A stretch of DNA of 61,107 nt, counting the filler, from an uncultured bacterium (GTDB lineage Bacteria; Hinthialibacterota; Hinthialibacteria; Hinthialibacterales; Hinthialibacteraceae), in assembly GCA_964449065.1 (NCBI GenBank). It is 4 parts of 4 records of this genome, joined end to end, with 100 filler letters (N's around TTAATTAATTAA, not from the genome) between each part and the next. Parts side by side here need not be neighbours in the genome. Positions count along the whole stretch, not along the records: positions 15,335 to 30,537 come from CAYVAZ010000102.1; positions 30,638 to 45,837 come from CAYVAZ010000103.1; 2 more parts are not named here. One strand, 5' to 3'. This document shows positions 21,093 to 30,905 of this stretch, one piece after another. The position numbers and the translations under genes are program-made. The notes under the pieces are model-generated. The model was not told where the DNA came from. It did no database searches and was given only the letters and a program-made list of their open reading frames with translations. The stretch's first letter is position 1. Every line of letters starts with the position of its first letter.

Positions 21093-21581
21093 CTAATTGT
21101 CTGAAAGCGATTTGATAAATGGAATCGAATTGTCTTTTGCCGGTTTCAGAATGGTCAGACTTTCCGATTCTGCGGCAGTGCAAAGGCGGTTGTCATCTGA
21201 AATAAATATGAGGTCTTGTACTTCTTCTTGTAATTCCAATGCACATGCGAGGTGAAGGGCGTCTGCAGCTTTTAGGGGATGTTGGAATACCAGATCGATT
21301 GAACGGTCGGTAATTTCATCACTGATTTCAATAAAATTGATGGTAGAAGTGCTTTCCACTAGAAAGTCTTGTACATAAGACCGCGCCAAATTAGCCGTAA
21401 ATTTTCCCTCTCGTGCTAAACGGGAAGCCGCGGAAGCGAGTTCGGTTGTTGTTTGATTGAGTGTGATTAGTTTTTGATTATAGTTTGTTACATATACGAA
21501 TAATGCCTGCACGAAATCCGTTCCTAATTCTCTCCAATACCTCTTAACTAAAGATGAAGTGTCAATGTAGAACTCGGGCAT
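21093..21581 (-). CDS. vapC: VapC/PIN toxin
   Basis: YIDTSSLVKRY, E, DALHLA and SDD acidic PIN residues. Confidence 0.88.
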   Translation of the reverse strand: MPEFYIDTSSLVKRYWRELGTDFVQALFVYVTNYNQKLITLNQTTTELASAASRLAREGKFTANLARSYVQDFLVESTSTINFIEISDEITDRSIDLVFQHPLKAADALHLACALELQEEVQDLIFISDDNRLCTAAESESLTILKPAKDNSIPFIKSLSDN

Positions 21582-21793
21582 TAATATCCCTCATCACGTT
21601 CCTCACGAATAATATCGGATACTTTTCTGCCTTGTAACTTCTCTTCAGAAAGTTTTAGCAGTTCCTCATGAGTCAGGTCTTCGCATGGCCCTAATCTAGC
21701 CATGATTCTATCGACATCTTCTAGGGTTAAGTTTCTAATTTTCAACTTGGATTTTGTGGCGGTCGTGTTCTTGTTCTCTATTTTTTTGCTCAT
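21581..21793 (-). CDS. Putative antitoxin
   Basis: 70 aa, translationally coupled to the PIN gene; ends GRKVSDIIREER. Confidence 0.7.
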   Translation of the reverse strand: MSKKIENKNTTATKSKLKIRNLTLEDVDRIMARLGPCEDLTHEELLKLSEEKLQGRKVSDIIREERDEGY

Positions 21794-21966
21794 TGGGTTA
21801 ATCCTATTTTTGCCTTTATTTCACTATTCATTATAACACAAAATCATAACGGATATGGAAAAATTTATCCGGTGGGCTTCCGGAGGGAGATTGAGAAAGT
21901 ATCAAAGACAATACCCCGCGATTTCATTATTGCGCCGCAACCCCATCTATTTTCAACCATCCGGTA

Positions 21967-23403
21967 TTAAGCAAAAAGGGCTTCGATGGGTTTGCCGTGG
22001 CCGTCTGGGGTGACAAAGAAGGGGCGCTCTTCCACGGTGTAGAACAGGTCCGGTGGAATGCCCAGCGCGCTGTAGATGGTGGCGTGAAAGTCCATGACCT
22101 CAACCGGATTTTCGATGGTGTCGCAGGGGCGTTCGACGGCGGTTTTGCCATAGAGAAATCCCTCTTTAAAGCCGCCGCCAAAGAGCAGGGCGGAATGCGC
22201 GCCGGTGAAGTGGCGGTGCATGCCGTAGTGTTTTTCTTCTTCGATGATTTCGGGAACATCGACTTGATCTTTGACGGGCTCATCGGGTTTGCCTTCCGTA
22301 ATCATATCACGGCCGAACTCAGAGGCGACCATAACGATGGTGCGGTCTAACAGTCCACGCTCTTTTAAATCGTTAATGAGTTGCGAGATGGGGGCATCGA
22401 TATCTTTTTTCAGCTGCACCATGCGCGAGTGGCCGTTTTCATGCGTGTCGAATCCTAAGAAAGGAATGTATTCGTAGCTCACTTCAATAAAGCGAACGCC
22501 GGCTTCAACCAGTCGGCGCGCCAGCAGGCAGCCCAAACCAAAGCGGCCGGTGTTGTAGATGTTGTAAGATTCTTCCGGCTCAAGGGAAAGATCAAACGCC
22601 TTGGCGGCATCAGACTGCATGAGTTCATGCGCCCCGGCAAGCGCTTCTTTGAACTGGCGTTTGGCGGTGTGTTCGTTGGCGGTGCCTTTTTGGGCGTCGA
22701 CAAAGGCTTTGTAGCGTTCCCACCGTTGGTTGAACCGTTTTTCGGACATCCCGGCAGGAGGCTGAACCACCGAAACGGCTTGCGCCGGTTCGGGGACAAA
22801 GATAGGGCCGTATTGCGACCCTAAAAAGCCGGCGGTGTGATAGGCTTTGACTTCGAAATCTTCGCCGCCGACATCAAAACGCTGGCCGATATCGACAAAC
22901 GCGGGCACCCCTTTTTCACGCTGGCCTAATGTGCGGGACACAATCGCTCCCATGGCGGGAGCATGTACCGTTTGAGGCGGTACGTATCCGGTATGAAAAT
23001 GGTATTGATGGCGCGAATGAAGTATAAAACCTAAATCGGCAGAACGCATCGAGCGGATAAGGCTTCCATATTTCATGACATCGGCGATTTTTTCTAAGCC
23101 TTGCGATATCTCGATTCCATCCACGCTGGTGGGGATGGATGGGAATGTCGAAAGCACCTTTTGCGATGGCAGGCCCTTTTCAAACGGGGTATAACGTTTG
23201 GGATCAAAGGTTTCGGTTTGGGCCATGCCGCCCGCGAGCCACAGGAAGATGATGGAGTCAGCGGTGCCTTTGGGTTTGTGCGCCTCGACCGCTTGGATGG
23301 CTTTGGGGCCGAGGACGGGCGAGGCCATCATGGCTCCCGCCAAGCTGGTTTTGAGCATATCGCGGCGGTTTATGGTATTGGCTTGGACTGTTTTTGTCAT
23401 CAT
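21967..23403 (-). CDS. DUF1501 protein with Tat signal
   Basis: NRRDML; IFLWLAGGMAQTETFDPK; CLLARRLVEAGVRF; SEFGR. Confidence 0.9.
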   Translation of the reverse strand: MMTKTVQANTINRRDMLKTSLAGAMMASPVLGPKAIQAVEAHKPKGTADSIIFLWLAGGMAQTETFDPKRYTPFEKGLPSQKVLSTFPSIPTSVDGIEISQGLEKIADVMKYGSLIRSMRSADLGFILHSRHQYHFHTGYVPPQTVHAPAMGAIVSRTLGQREKGVPAFVDIGQRFDVGGEDFEVKAYHTAGFLGSQYGPIFVPEPAQAVSVVQPPAGMSEKRFNQRWERYKAFVDAQKGTANEHTAKRQFKEALAGAHELMQSDAAKAFDLSLEPEESYNIYNTGRFGLGCLLARRLVEAGVRFIEVSYEYIPFLGFDTHENGHSRMVQLKKDIDAPISQLINDLKERGLLDRTIVMVASEFGRDMITEGKPDEPVKDQVDVPEIIEEEKHYGMHRHFTGAHSALLFGGGFKEGFLYGKTAVERPCDTIENPVEVMDFHATIYSALGIPPDLFYTVEERPFFVTPDGHGKPIEALFA

Positions 23404-23442
23404 CTCACCTCGGTGTTCTCTGAGCCTCTGTGGTGCAAACGA

Positions 23443-24987
23443 TCAATGAATGAATTGAAATTCAGGATTCATGAATATGATCCACAAAAAGTCTTCGATG
23501 TTTTGTTTTTGCTCTTTTTCGGATGGTTTGGGCGGTTTGCGGAACGCGTCGGAGATGCCGAACATTTCAAGCGCCAGTTTGGTTTCGGTTTTGTTGGGTT
23601 GCCGGCAATAGGCGCGTTGATAGATTTGCTGAATAAAACGCTTCTTATCCGCCGCAAAGATTTCGTCGTTTTCGTAGATATGTTCCGCGGCATTGGTTAG
23701 GCGGTCGGCGAAGTCGTCTCCGTTAACCATTTCGAGCATCTGCAGGATGGTGGCCTGCTGGTCACGGGCGGAGACCACCTGTTCGCGGTTGGGTCTTCCC
23801 AATGCTATGGAAAGCTGTCCCGGTTTTTTATAGCGCCAGGCGCGGATAATGGGATTGTTAATTTGAATGTGGAACAACCCGTCTACTTCCGGATAATAAT
23901 GGGTAACGATAGCGATATTGTCGAGCAGGTGTTCGCTGGTCATCCGGCGCGGGGATGGATTGGCGTATTCCGGCGTGTAGGGCACGCGCTTTTTGGATAC
24001 CGACTGCATGGAGTANNNNNNNNNNNNNNNNNNNNNNNNNNNNNNNNNNNNNNNNNNNNNNNNNNNNNNNNNNNNNNNNNNNNNNNNNNNNNNNNNNNNN
24101 NNNNNNNNNNNNNNNTCTTCCCCGCCCGGCAGGGGAAATTGGGCGTGGGCGATTTCTCCGGTGAGCTTATCACAGCGGTAAATTTCAAGTTTCTCTTCGG
24201 CAAAGAAGGATGCGAGGCCATAGGTGTCTTGCAGGGTATACGGCTTGGTAAAGTGGTTGTGGCAGGACGCGCATTTCAGCGTGGTTGCCAAAAAGACCTG
24301 CCCCACGTTTTGCGCGGCTTGGATAACGGGACGCTGGCTGGCGTTGATTCGCCCGCGCCAGTTGATGCCCTTCAGAAAGCCGGTGGCTTCGCGGTCACTG
24401 GGGTTAAGCAGCTGCGCGACCATGATATCGTACGCGCGGTTTTCTTTCAGCGATTCATACAACCATTCGGTCACCGAGCCGCGCAGGTTATCGATGTTGG
24501 TTTGCTCATCATTGCGCAGCAGGTCATTCCAAAACGTCATCCAGTGTTCGGCGTACATTTCATTGGCTGATAGAAGCGAGTCGATCAACTCTGCGCGTTT
24601 GGTTTCATCATTGCTTGCAAAAAATTCTCTCTGCTGGTCAATCGGGGGCAAAAGGCCGATGACATCCAAATAAGCTTTGCGGAGGAAAAGGTAATCGGGA
24701 GAACGTCCGCCGGTTTCTTGTTCTTCTTCTTTTACCCATTTATCGATGTACCAGTCGATGGGGTTGCCGTCGTAATCGGTAGGCAGCGTGTTGGGCTTTT
24801 CGATATCTTTCACTTTTCGCTTTTGTTCTCTCCGCCACTCCTGCCAGTCGGGTTCGGAGGGGGTGGTGGTGATGTTGACTTTAACCTTGCCTACACCGGT
24901 GTCATCAGGGGGACGCACGGCAAGAAGCGTTAGAACAATGATCAAACTGCAAAGCAAAACCAGTTGAATTCGTAATGGTGTTTTCAT
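23443..24987 (-). CDS. DUF1549/DUF1553 (PSCyt2/PSD1) protein spanning an N gap
   Basis: FLRKAYLDVIGLLP, CASCHNH, RRMTSEHLLD, PEFQFIH; true length across the gap unknown. Confidence 0.8.
   Translation of the reverse strand: MKTPLRIQLVLLCSLIIVLTLLAVRPPDDTGVGKVKVNITTTPSEPDWQEWRREQKRKVKDIEKPNTLPTDYDGNPIDWYIDKWVKEEEQETGGRSPDYLFLRKAYLDVIGLLPPIDQQREFFASNDETKRAELIDSLLSANEMYAEHWMTFWNDLLRNDEQTNIDNLRGSVTEWLYESLKENRAYDIMVAQLLNPSDREATGFLKGINWRGRINASQRPVIQAAQNVGQVFLATTLKCASCHNHFTKPYTLQDTYGLASFFAEEKLEIYRCDKLTGEIAHAQFPLPGGEXXXXXXXXXXXXXXXXXXXXXXXXXXXXXXXXXXYSMQSVSKKRVPYTPEYANPSPRRMTSEHLLDNIAIVTHYYPEVDGLFHIQINNPIIRAWRYKKPGQLSIALGRPNREQVVSARDQQATILQMLEMVNGDDFADRLTNAAEHIYENDEIFAADKKRFIQQIYQRAYCRQPNKTETKLALEMFGISDAFRKPPKPSEKEQKQNIEDFLWIIFMNPEFQFIH
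24016..24115. other. Assembly gap (100 N)
   Basis: N-run. Confidence 0.99.
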
Positions 24988-25282
24988 ACTTTCCATCCAC
25001 AAAGCAAATTGAATTGTTTTGATTTAATTATAAAACATTCGCGGAATCTCTACAACGGTAAAGTGGGATATCCGGACGGGATTTTTGAGAACGAACGGCC
25101 TGTTTGATCTCCACGCCCCTCACAAATAAGGAGAACAACGGCAGATTTCGTCTGTCCAACTCTGAGACGCTCCAATGCCATGTCAATGCCTCTTTTCTTG
25201 TACTATACATATATGGCTTCAACTCACCTTCTTGGTATACTGTGTGTCACCATACATCACTCATCATTCAGGAGCCCGCATC

Positions 25283-27901
25283 ATGATCCGCATCCATCTC
25301 TTAATCCTATCCGCTATCTTTGTATCAAATCCCGTGCAATCCGCTGAGATGATTCCGTTTGAATTGCCGTGGGATGACGATTCGGAGAGCATCACCAACG
25401 TCAGCCATCTGTTGGAAAAACCTGCTGGTAAACATGGTTTCATCCGTGCGGAAGGCGACCGGCTGGTAGACGGTGCAGGCAAGCCGTTCCGCATATTGGG
25501 GGTGAACACCGCCTTCTCCGGCAACTTCCCCACGCATGAGCAGGCCGAAAAGATCGCCGCCCGCATGGCGAAGTTTGGCATCAACGCGGTGCGCGTCCAT
25601 CACCTGGATACCGCCCGCTCTCCGAACGGTATATGGAAAGCGGATACAGCGGACAAGCAGGATTTTGATAGGGAGAGGCTCGACCGCTTGGATTACTTCA
25701 TTGCCGCGTTAAAAAAGAACGGCATCTACACCAACATTAATTTAAAAGTCGGACGCAAAACCGTAGAGGCCGACGGCGTCCCCCACGCGGATGAACTGCC
25801 GACTTATGACAAAGGCCCCGATCACTTTTATCCGCGTTTGATTGAGATCCAAAAGAACTATGCCCGCGATTTGCTCACGCATGTGAACCCATACACCGGC
25901 AACAATTATCTAAATGAGCCTGCCATTGTCACCATCGAAATTAACAATGAGAGCGGGCTTATCTGGCAATGGGCCAACCGTTCGCTCGATTCCATGCCGC
26001 AAGAATATTGGGATGTGCTGCAATCCGATTGGAATAAATTCTTAGCGGATCAGTATGATTCCACTGAAGAACTTAGAAGGGTGTGGACACCCGAATCCAA
26101 AGGCGATGGCAGCGAAATGCTTGCTGAGGATTTGGGGCATTGGGTGTTCCAAACCATCGACCAAGCCGAGGGAAAAGTGATTTCCCGTACGAACCACTAT
26201 CAGGGGCAGCCTGCCGCCGGGATGGATATCACCCGAACAAGCGGTCAGTCCTGGCATGTGCAGATGTTCTATCCGCAACTGGTGGTTGCAAAGGGTGAGT
26301 TCTATCAGGTGAACTTGCACATGAAGGCCAATCCGCCGCGCACCGTGAGTGTCGGTTTGCAGCAGGATCATGACCCCTGGCAGCGGTTGGATGAGCCGGT
26401 TAAGATTGATCTTACCAACGCATGGCAGGAAGTTAACTTATCATTCTCTCCCAACGCCGGCGATGACAAAGCGCGGCTGATTATATCCGAAATGGCGAAT
26501 CAAACGGGCAAGGTGTGGCTCTCGCAGCCGTCGATGGTAAACAAAGCCCCGGAGGTGTTGGGTGATGATGAAGCGCTGGAAGACGGCAGCATCCATGCCG
26601 TAACGCGCAAGGACTACGGCGCCAAAACCTATGCTTGCCAGCGCGATTGGATGGCGTTCTTGGTCCGCCGTGAAACCCAATACAACCAAGTGATGTATGG
26701 CTATCTGCGGGATGAACTCAATGCCAAGCCGATGATCACCGGAACGCAGATCGGGTTTGCGCCCTACACCTCACAACTGGTACATGATCTCATCGATACG
26801 CACGGCTACTTCAATCATCCCCACTTTCCCAACCGGCAGTGGGATATGAGCGATTGGTATGTGGAAAACGAATCGATCATCAACCAAGAAAACAATGTGC
26901 TGTTTCGCCTGATGGAGCGGCAGGTAAAAGGCAAACCCTTCACGGTATCCGAATACAACCACCCCGCGCCGATGCCGTTTGCATCCGAAGGAATCCCCCT
27001 TCCCGCCGCTTATGGCGCCTTTCAAGGCTGGGACGGTATCTACTATTTCGCTTACAGCCACAGCAATGATTATGAAGACAAATCGATCAACAGTTTTTTT
27101 GACATCGCCGGGCATACACCAAAGATGCTTTGTATGCCTGCCGCCGCGAATATGTTTTTGCGGGGGGATATCCAAGTTTCTCCCATGACGGTCTCGTCGC
27201 GTCATACGTTGGATAGTCTCGTCAATTTCTTAACAGACCAGAACGGCGGATTGTGGGGCTTAAACCATCTTCATACGTTTCCGGGTGAAAATATCACCAC
27301 CCATGTACGAACCGTTGTGGATATTGCAAGCGAACAACCGGAAGCAAAGGAGTACGGTCTGCGCAATCCACAAGAGAGTTCGACCCATGAGTTGTATTGG
27401 GTGCAGTCATCAACAGCCTCTCCAAATCCTGAAGATGTGTATGTCTTGATTCAATCCCCCAAAACCAAAGGGTTCATCGGTTTTCATGGAGATCAACAGT
27501 ATTCTTTACATGACGGAATTCAATTAAAAATTGGAGAGACAGAAGAAGGCTGGGCGAATGTGCTGCTCACGTGGATGAAGTCATCGGACGAAGGAGAGCA
27601 TTGGCTGTTGACCGCGACGGGATATTCGGAAAACCAAGGGATGCAGTGGATCCGCGAAGAAAAAACCAGCGTCGGACGCAATTGGGGAGACGGGCCGCCT
27701 CTGGTTGAGCCCATCGGTTTGCAACTTTGGATGGAAACGATGTCTTCCGAACCAGGTGTCGCATATCCATTGGATGTACGGGGACAACGCATCTCCAGTC
27801 AATTCATTCAATGGAAACGAGAGGAAAGCTGGGACATGCTGCGGTTGGATGAAAACCAAAAATCATTATGGTATGAAATAGTGATGCCCAAATCGCCGTA
27901 A
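25283..27901 (+). CDS. Secreted clan GH-A glycoside hydrolase (GH5-like) with inserted CBM4/9-like domain
   Basis: AGGAG RBS; signal peptide; GINAVRVHH, EINNE (acid/base), VSEYNH (nucleophile); WHVQM..YQVNL CBM-like insert. Confidence 0.7.
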   Translation: MIRIHLLILSAIFVSNPVQSAEMIPFELPWDDDSESITNVSHLLEKPAGKHGFIRAEGDRLVDGAGKPFRILGVNTAFSGNFPTHEQAEKIAARMAKFGINAVRVHHLDTARSPNGIWKADTADKQDFDRERLDRLDYFIAALKKNGIYTNINLKVGRKTVEADGVPHADELPTYDKGPDHFYPRLIEIQKNYARDLLTHVNPYTGNNYLNEPAIVTIEINNESGLIWQWANRSLDSMPQEYWDVLQSDWNKFLADQYDSTEELRRVWTPESKGDGSEMLAEDLGHWVFQTIDQAEGKVISRTNHYQGQPAAGMDITRTSGQSWHVQMFYPQLVVAKGEFYQVNLHMKANPPRTVSVGLQQDHDPWQRLDEPVKIDLTNAWQEVNLSFSPNAGDDKARLIISEMANQTGKVWLSQPSMVNKAPEVLGDDEALEDGSIHAVTRKDYGAKTYACQRDWMAFLVRRETQYNQVMYGYLRDELNAKPMITGTQIGFAPYTSQLVHDLIDTHGYFNHPHFPNRQWDMSDWYVENESIINQENNVLFRLMERQVKGKPFTVSEYNHPAPMPFASEGIPLPAAYGAFQGWDGIYYFAYSHSNDYEDKSINSFFDIAGHTPKMLCMPAAANMFLRGDIQVSPMTVSSRHTLDSLVNFLTDQNGGLWGLNHLHTFPGENITTHVRTVVDIASEQPEAKEYGLRNPQESSTHELYWVQSSTASPNPEDVYVLIQSPKTKGFIGFHGDQQYSLHDGIQLKIGETEEGWANVLLTWMKSSDEGEHWLLTATGYSENQGMQWIREEKTSVGRNWGDGPPLVEPIGLQLWMETMSSEPGVAYPLDVRGQRISSQFIQWKREESWDMLRLDENQKSLWYEIVMPKSP

Positions 27902-28041
27902 TGTACCGGTGTAAGAATAGCAGAAGTTGTGAGGCGCAATCCTTGACAACGGCCGCTTTTCTTAAGAGCATTCTCTGTATGAGCATTCTACTTATGAAAC
28001 AATATTTATTTTGTTATCTGAAAAGATAAAAGGAGCGTATC

Positions 28042-29061
28042 ATGCCTGGATTTATCGCCGATGGATCGGTCGTCTTTCTGTTAATACTCATCATTATATT
28101 TTTGGCGTTTTTCTTTTACTTTATTCCGTTTCGTTTGTACATTGCGGCCTTTACATCTGGGGTGTCGGTTTCGATGCTTTCGCTCATCGGGATGCGTCTT
28201 CGCCGTGTGCCGCCCAGCATGGTGGTGAACCCGCTGATCAACGCGACCAAAGCGGGGCTGACGTTGACCACCAACGAACTGGAAGCCCACTATTTGGCTG
28301 GCGGAAACGTCTATCAAGTCGTGCAGGCGTTGATCTCGGCCGACAAAGCGAACATTCCCCTCGCGTTTGAGCGCGCCGCCGCGATTGACCTGGCCGGGCG
28401 CGATGTGTTTGAAGCGGTGCAGATGTCCGTCCGCCCCAAGGTGATTGACTGTCCAGATCCTGGAAAAGGGATGGATAAAGTGGCCGCGGTGGCGATGGAT
28501 GGGATTCAACTGCGCGCCAACGCCCGTGTAACCGTGAAAGCCAACCTGGACCGGTTGGTGGGTGGAGCGACAGAAGAAACCATTGTTGCCCGTGTGGGTG
28601 AGGGGATTGTCACCACCATTGGTTCCGCGGAATCGCACAAAAAGGTGCTGGAAAACCCCGATATGATCTCGCGGAACGTGCTCTCAAAGGGCTTGGATTC
28701 CGGGACAGGGTTTGAGATTCTCTCCATTGATATTTCCGATATCGACGTCGGCGAAAACATCGGCGCGAAGCTGCAGATCGACCAGGCTGAGGCTGACAAG
28801 AAGATCGCGCAGGCTAAGGCCGAAGAACGCAAGGCGATGGCCATCGCGCAAGAGCAAGAGATGAAAGCACGTGTTGAAGAAATGCGTGCCCGCGTGGTCG
28901 AAGCCGAGGCACAGGTTCCGCTGGCCATGGCCGAAGCTTTCCGCCAAGGCAACCTCGGTGTGATGGATTATTACAACATGAAGAATGTGGTTGCGGATAC
29001 ATCCATGCGTGAGTCGATCGCCAAGCCGCCGGAAGAAAGCCAATACGAAGATAATCAGTAA
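28042..29061 (+). CDS. floA: Flotillin-like protein FloA (YqfA/UPF0365)
   Basis: [31 protein letters not shown] motifs. Confidence 0.93.
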   Translation: MPGFIADGSVVFLLILIIIFLAFFFYFIPFRLYIAAFTSGVSVSMLSLIGMRLRRVPPSMVVNPLINATKAGLTLTTNELEAHYLAGGNVYQVVQALISADKANIPLAFERAAAIDLAGRDVFEAVQMSVRPKVIDCPDPGKGMDKVAAVAMDGIQLRANARVTVKANLDRLVGGATEETIVARVGEGIVTTIGSAESHKKVLENPDMISRNVLSKGLDSGTGFEILSIDISDIDVGENIGAKLQIDQAEADKKIAQAKAEERKAMAIAQEQEMKARVEEMRARVVEAEAQVPLAMAEAFRQGNLGVMDYYNMKNVVADTSMRESIAKPPEESQYEDNQ

Positions 29062-29146
29062 ACGGCGAATCGTGAAATACGATTAACGAAAAAAGTAAGG
29101 CTTGGGGAATGTGGAAATCTCAGCAATCCTTTCGCTTGCACGGAGT

Positions 29147-29180
29147 GGGGTTGAACTATTGATGTTCACCCCCTTCTTTT
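29147..29180 (+). terminator. Probable rho-independent terminator
   Basis: GGGGTTGAAC-loop-GTTCACCCCC followed by TTCTTTT downstream of floA. Confidence 0.6.
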
Positions 29181-29227
29181 ATTCTTTTGTTTTGTGAGGT
29201 AAATGTTTCCTCTCGAACATTGTTTTT

Positions 29228-29329
29228 TATACGGATTCAAATAAATTTTGTGTGATTCCTCCATAAAAGGGGTGCATCGGCTTCCAGCCGGTACCGCGCA
29301 CCGCATATTATTTCATTGAAGCGGTATTA
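29228..29329. repeat. IR-bounded element containing a REP hairpin
   Basis: Ends TATACGGATTCAA and (reverse complement) TAATACCGCTTCAA; the left end resembles 17241-17267 and about 30116-30140. Confidence 0.55.
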
Positions 29330-29693
29330 TATGGTTTCTTCTGACGGCTGAAATAGTTCCTTGTCAAATTGTTCCTGGGACGGCCTGGATGACGGCTCGC
29401 AGGAGCTTTCTTTTCACACCTAAAATATTTTGCTTGTTTCGGTTAAGTTCGGTTGCTTCATACCGATACTATCTTGTGTATCAGTGACTGTAATTCTATC
29501 GCTAAGTTTTTTTTGCTCCGTGCTTTGCGATGGTTATGCACTTTCTGGATTGCGAATGGCAATCGGGTTGAGGACTTTGATGATTTGCTTTGGATATGGA
29601 TGTCTTAACAAAAAAGTATGATGGGCACCCTCTGTCATTACGGCATCTTCCGGCAAATCACGCACCCAACAGAAGAACCGAGGGGGAAGTCCG

Positions 29694-30032
29694 ATGTCAC
29701 AAGTACAAGAATACGCCAAAGAAAAGGTGGCCTGTAAACTGTGCGGGAAACCGTCTATCACTGTGATTTGCATGCACTGCTTTTTAAATTACAACTACAA
29801 AATGTACGCGCAGACAGATGAAGATATGATAGATTTTCAGGCTAAAGAAGAAAAGGAAGAGTTGGCCGAGGGATTGGAAAAATTGGTAACGATTGCAAAA
29901 GGGAATGACGTGATGGATTGTCAAGAAGATCGTTCAAGACATGACCACCGAAAAAATGGAACAGATGACCACGATGTGTTTCATCACTTTTCGTTGAAAT
30001 CGATTATGGAGCGGCTGCCGAAGTTTGAGTAA
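29694..30032 (+). CDS. Small hypothetical protein with CxxC...CxxC
   Basis: GAGGGGG RBS; CKLC...CMHC; terminator follows. Confidence 0.55.
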   Translation: MSQVQEYAKEKVACKLCGKPSITVICMHCFLNYNYKMYAQTDEDMIDFQAKEEKEELAEGLEKLVTIAKGNDVMDCQEDRSRHDHRKNGTDDHDVFHHFSLKSIMERLPKFE

Positions 30033-30080
30033 CGTTCTTTTTCACAGATAGATCATCGGTAGACCCGATAATTGATAGAG

Positions 30081-30104
30081 AAGCCCCCTGTATTCGGGGC
30101 TTTT
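30081..30104 (+). terminator. Rho-independent terminator
   Basis: AAGCCCC-loop-GGGGCTTTT. Confidence 0.7.
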
Positions 30105-30202
30105 CTTCTGTGCGCGGCCTTTCAATTTAATTTTGTTTGATTCTCCCTACAAGAAACATGGTTCGTCAAAGTTGAAATCACCAACCCATTAATACCACCC
30201 AG

Positions 30203-30226
30203 CCTCCTCCATTCCATTGGGGGAGG
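30203..30226. repeat. REP-like hairpin CCTCCCCCAWTGCAWTGGGGGAGG family
   Basis: Copies at 30203-30226, 30701-30724 and 58650-58673; degenerate copy near 17340-17361. Confidence 0.7.
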
Positions 30227-30537
30227 CGTATTGTTTAATCATCATTTATTTGAATTCGTATTAGAAAGAACATTTTTCCTGCAACTTGGTAGAAGTTTAA
30301 GATCGCTAAATCAATGACAGTGGGGAAGGGTGGATTAAAGGTAACATTCCGTACCATATCTTTCTAGAGCATTTCTGGTTTGCGAAGATAGAAAGAGATC
30401 GTCTTTGATCCCCCCTACCCCAATGCCATTGTCTTAAAGAACCTACTCATTTCTTAGACCCTTTCAGGGTCAGATTTTCTCGCACATTTCCAGGGGCGGC
30501 GTTCCCTTCGGTCACTCTGCCCCTGGCTATCATCTGT

Positions 30538-30637
30538 NNNNNNNNNNNNNNNNNNNNNNNNNNNNNNNNNNNNNNNNNNNNTTAATTAATTAANNNNNNN
30601 NNNNNNNNNNNNNNNNNNNNNNNNNNNNNNNNNNNNN
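30538..30637. other. Artificial scaffold linker
   Basis: N-run with TTAATTAATTAA. Confidence 0.95.
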
Positions 30638-30905
30638 CATTTCCTGTTTATCCAACCTTGAATTGCTCTAATTCCTTAAGTCAATGACATTGCCACCTAG
30701 CCTCCCCCATTGCATTGGGGGAGGAATGAGAAAATCGATTCGATTTTTTGACTATGCAATTCATATCGCTAACCTGTTACCAAACTTTTAATGCAAACAC
30801 TAGACAGAAAATCAAGTTATGATTTAGTTTGTATTGAATCGTGATTATTCTGCAACTTAATCGATCAAGATATGTACAAATAATTCGCGAAAAAAAGAGT
30901 TGTTC

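Noticed and set aside
29590..29693. c-di-GMP or other riboswitch upstream of the CxxC ORF
   Set aside because: Only a GGCAAA fragment resembles the consensus; the paired stems could not be built by eye.
30365..30692. TAGAGC/GCTCTA and CAATGCCATTG/CAATGACATTG ends pairing across the linker as one element
   Set aside because: They lie on different scaffolds and are not properly nested; more likely ends of separate repeat copies that broke the assembly.
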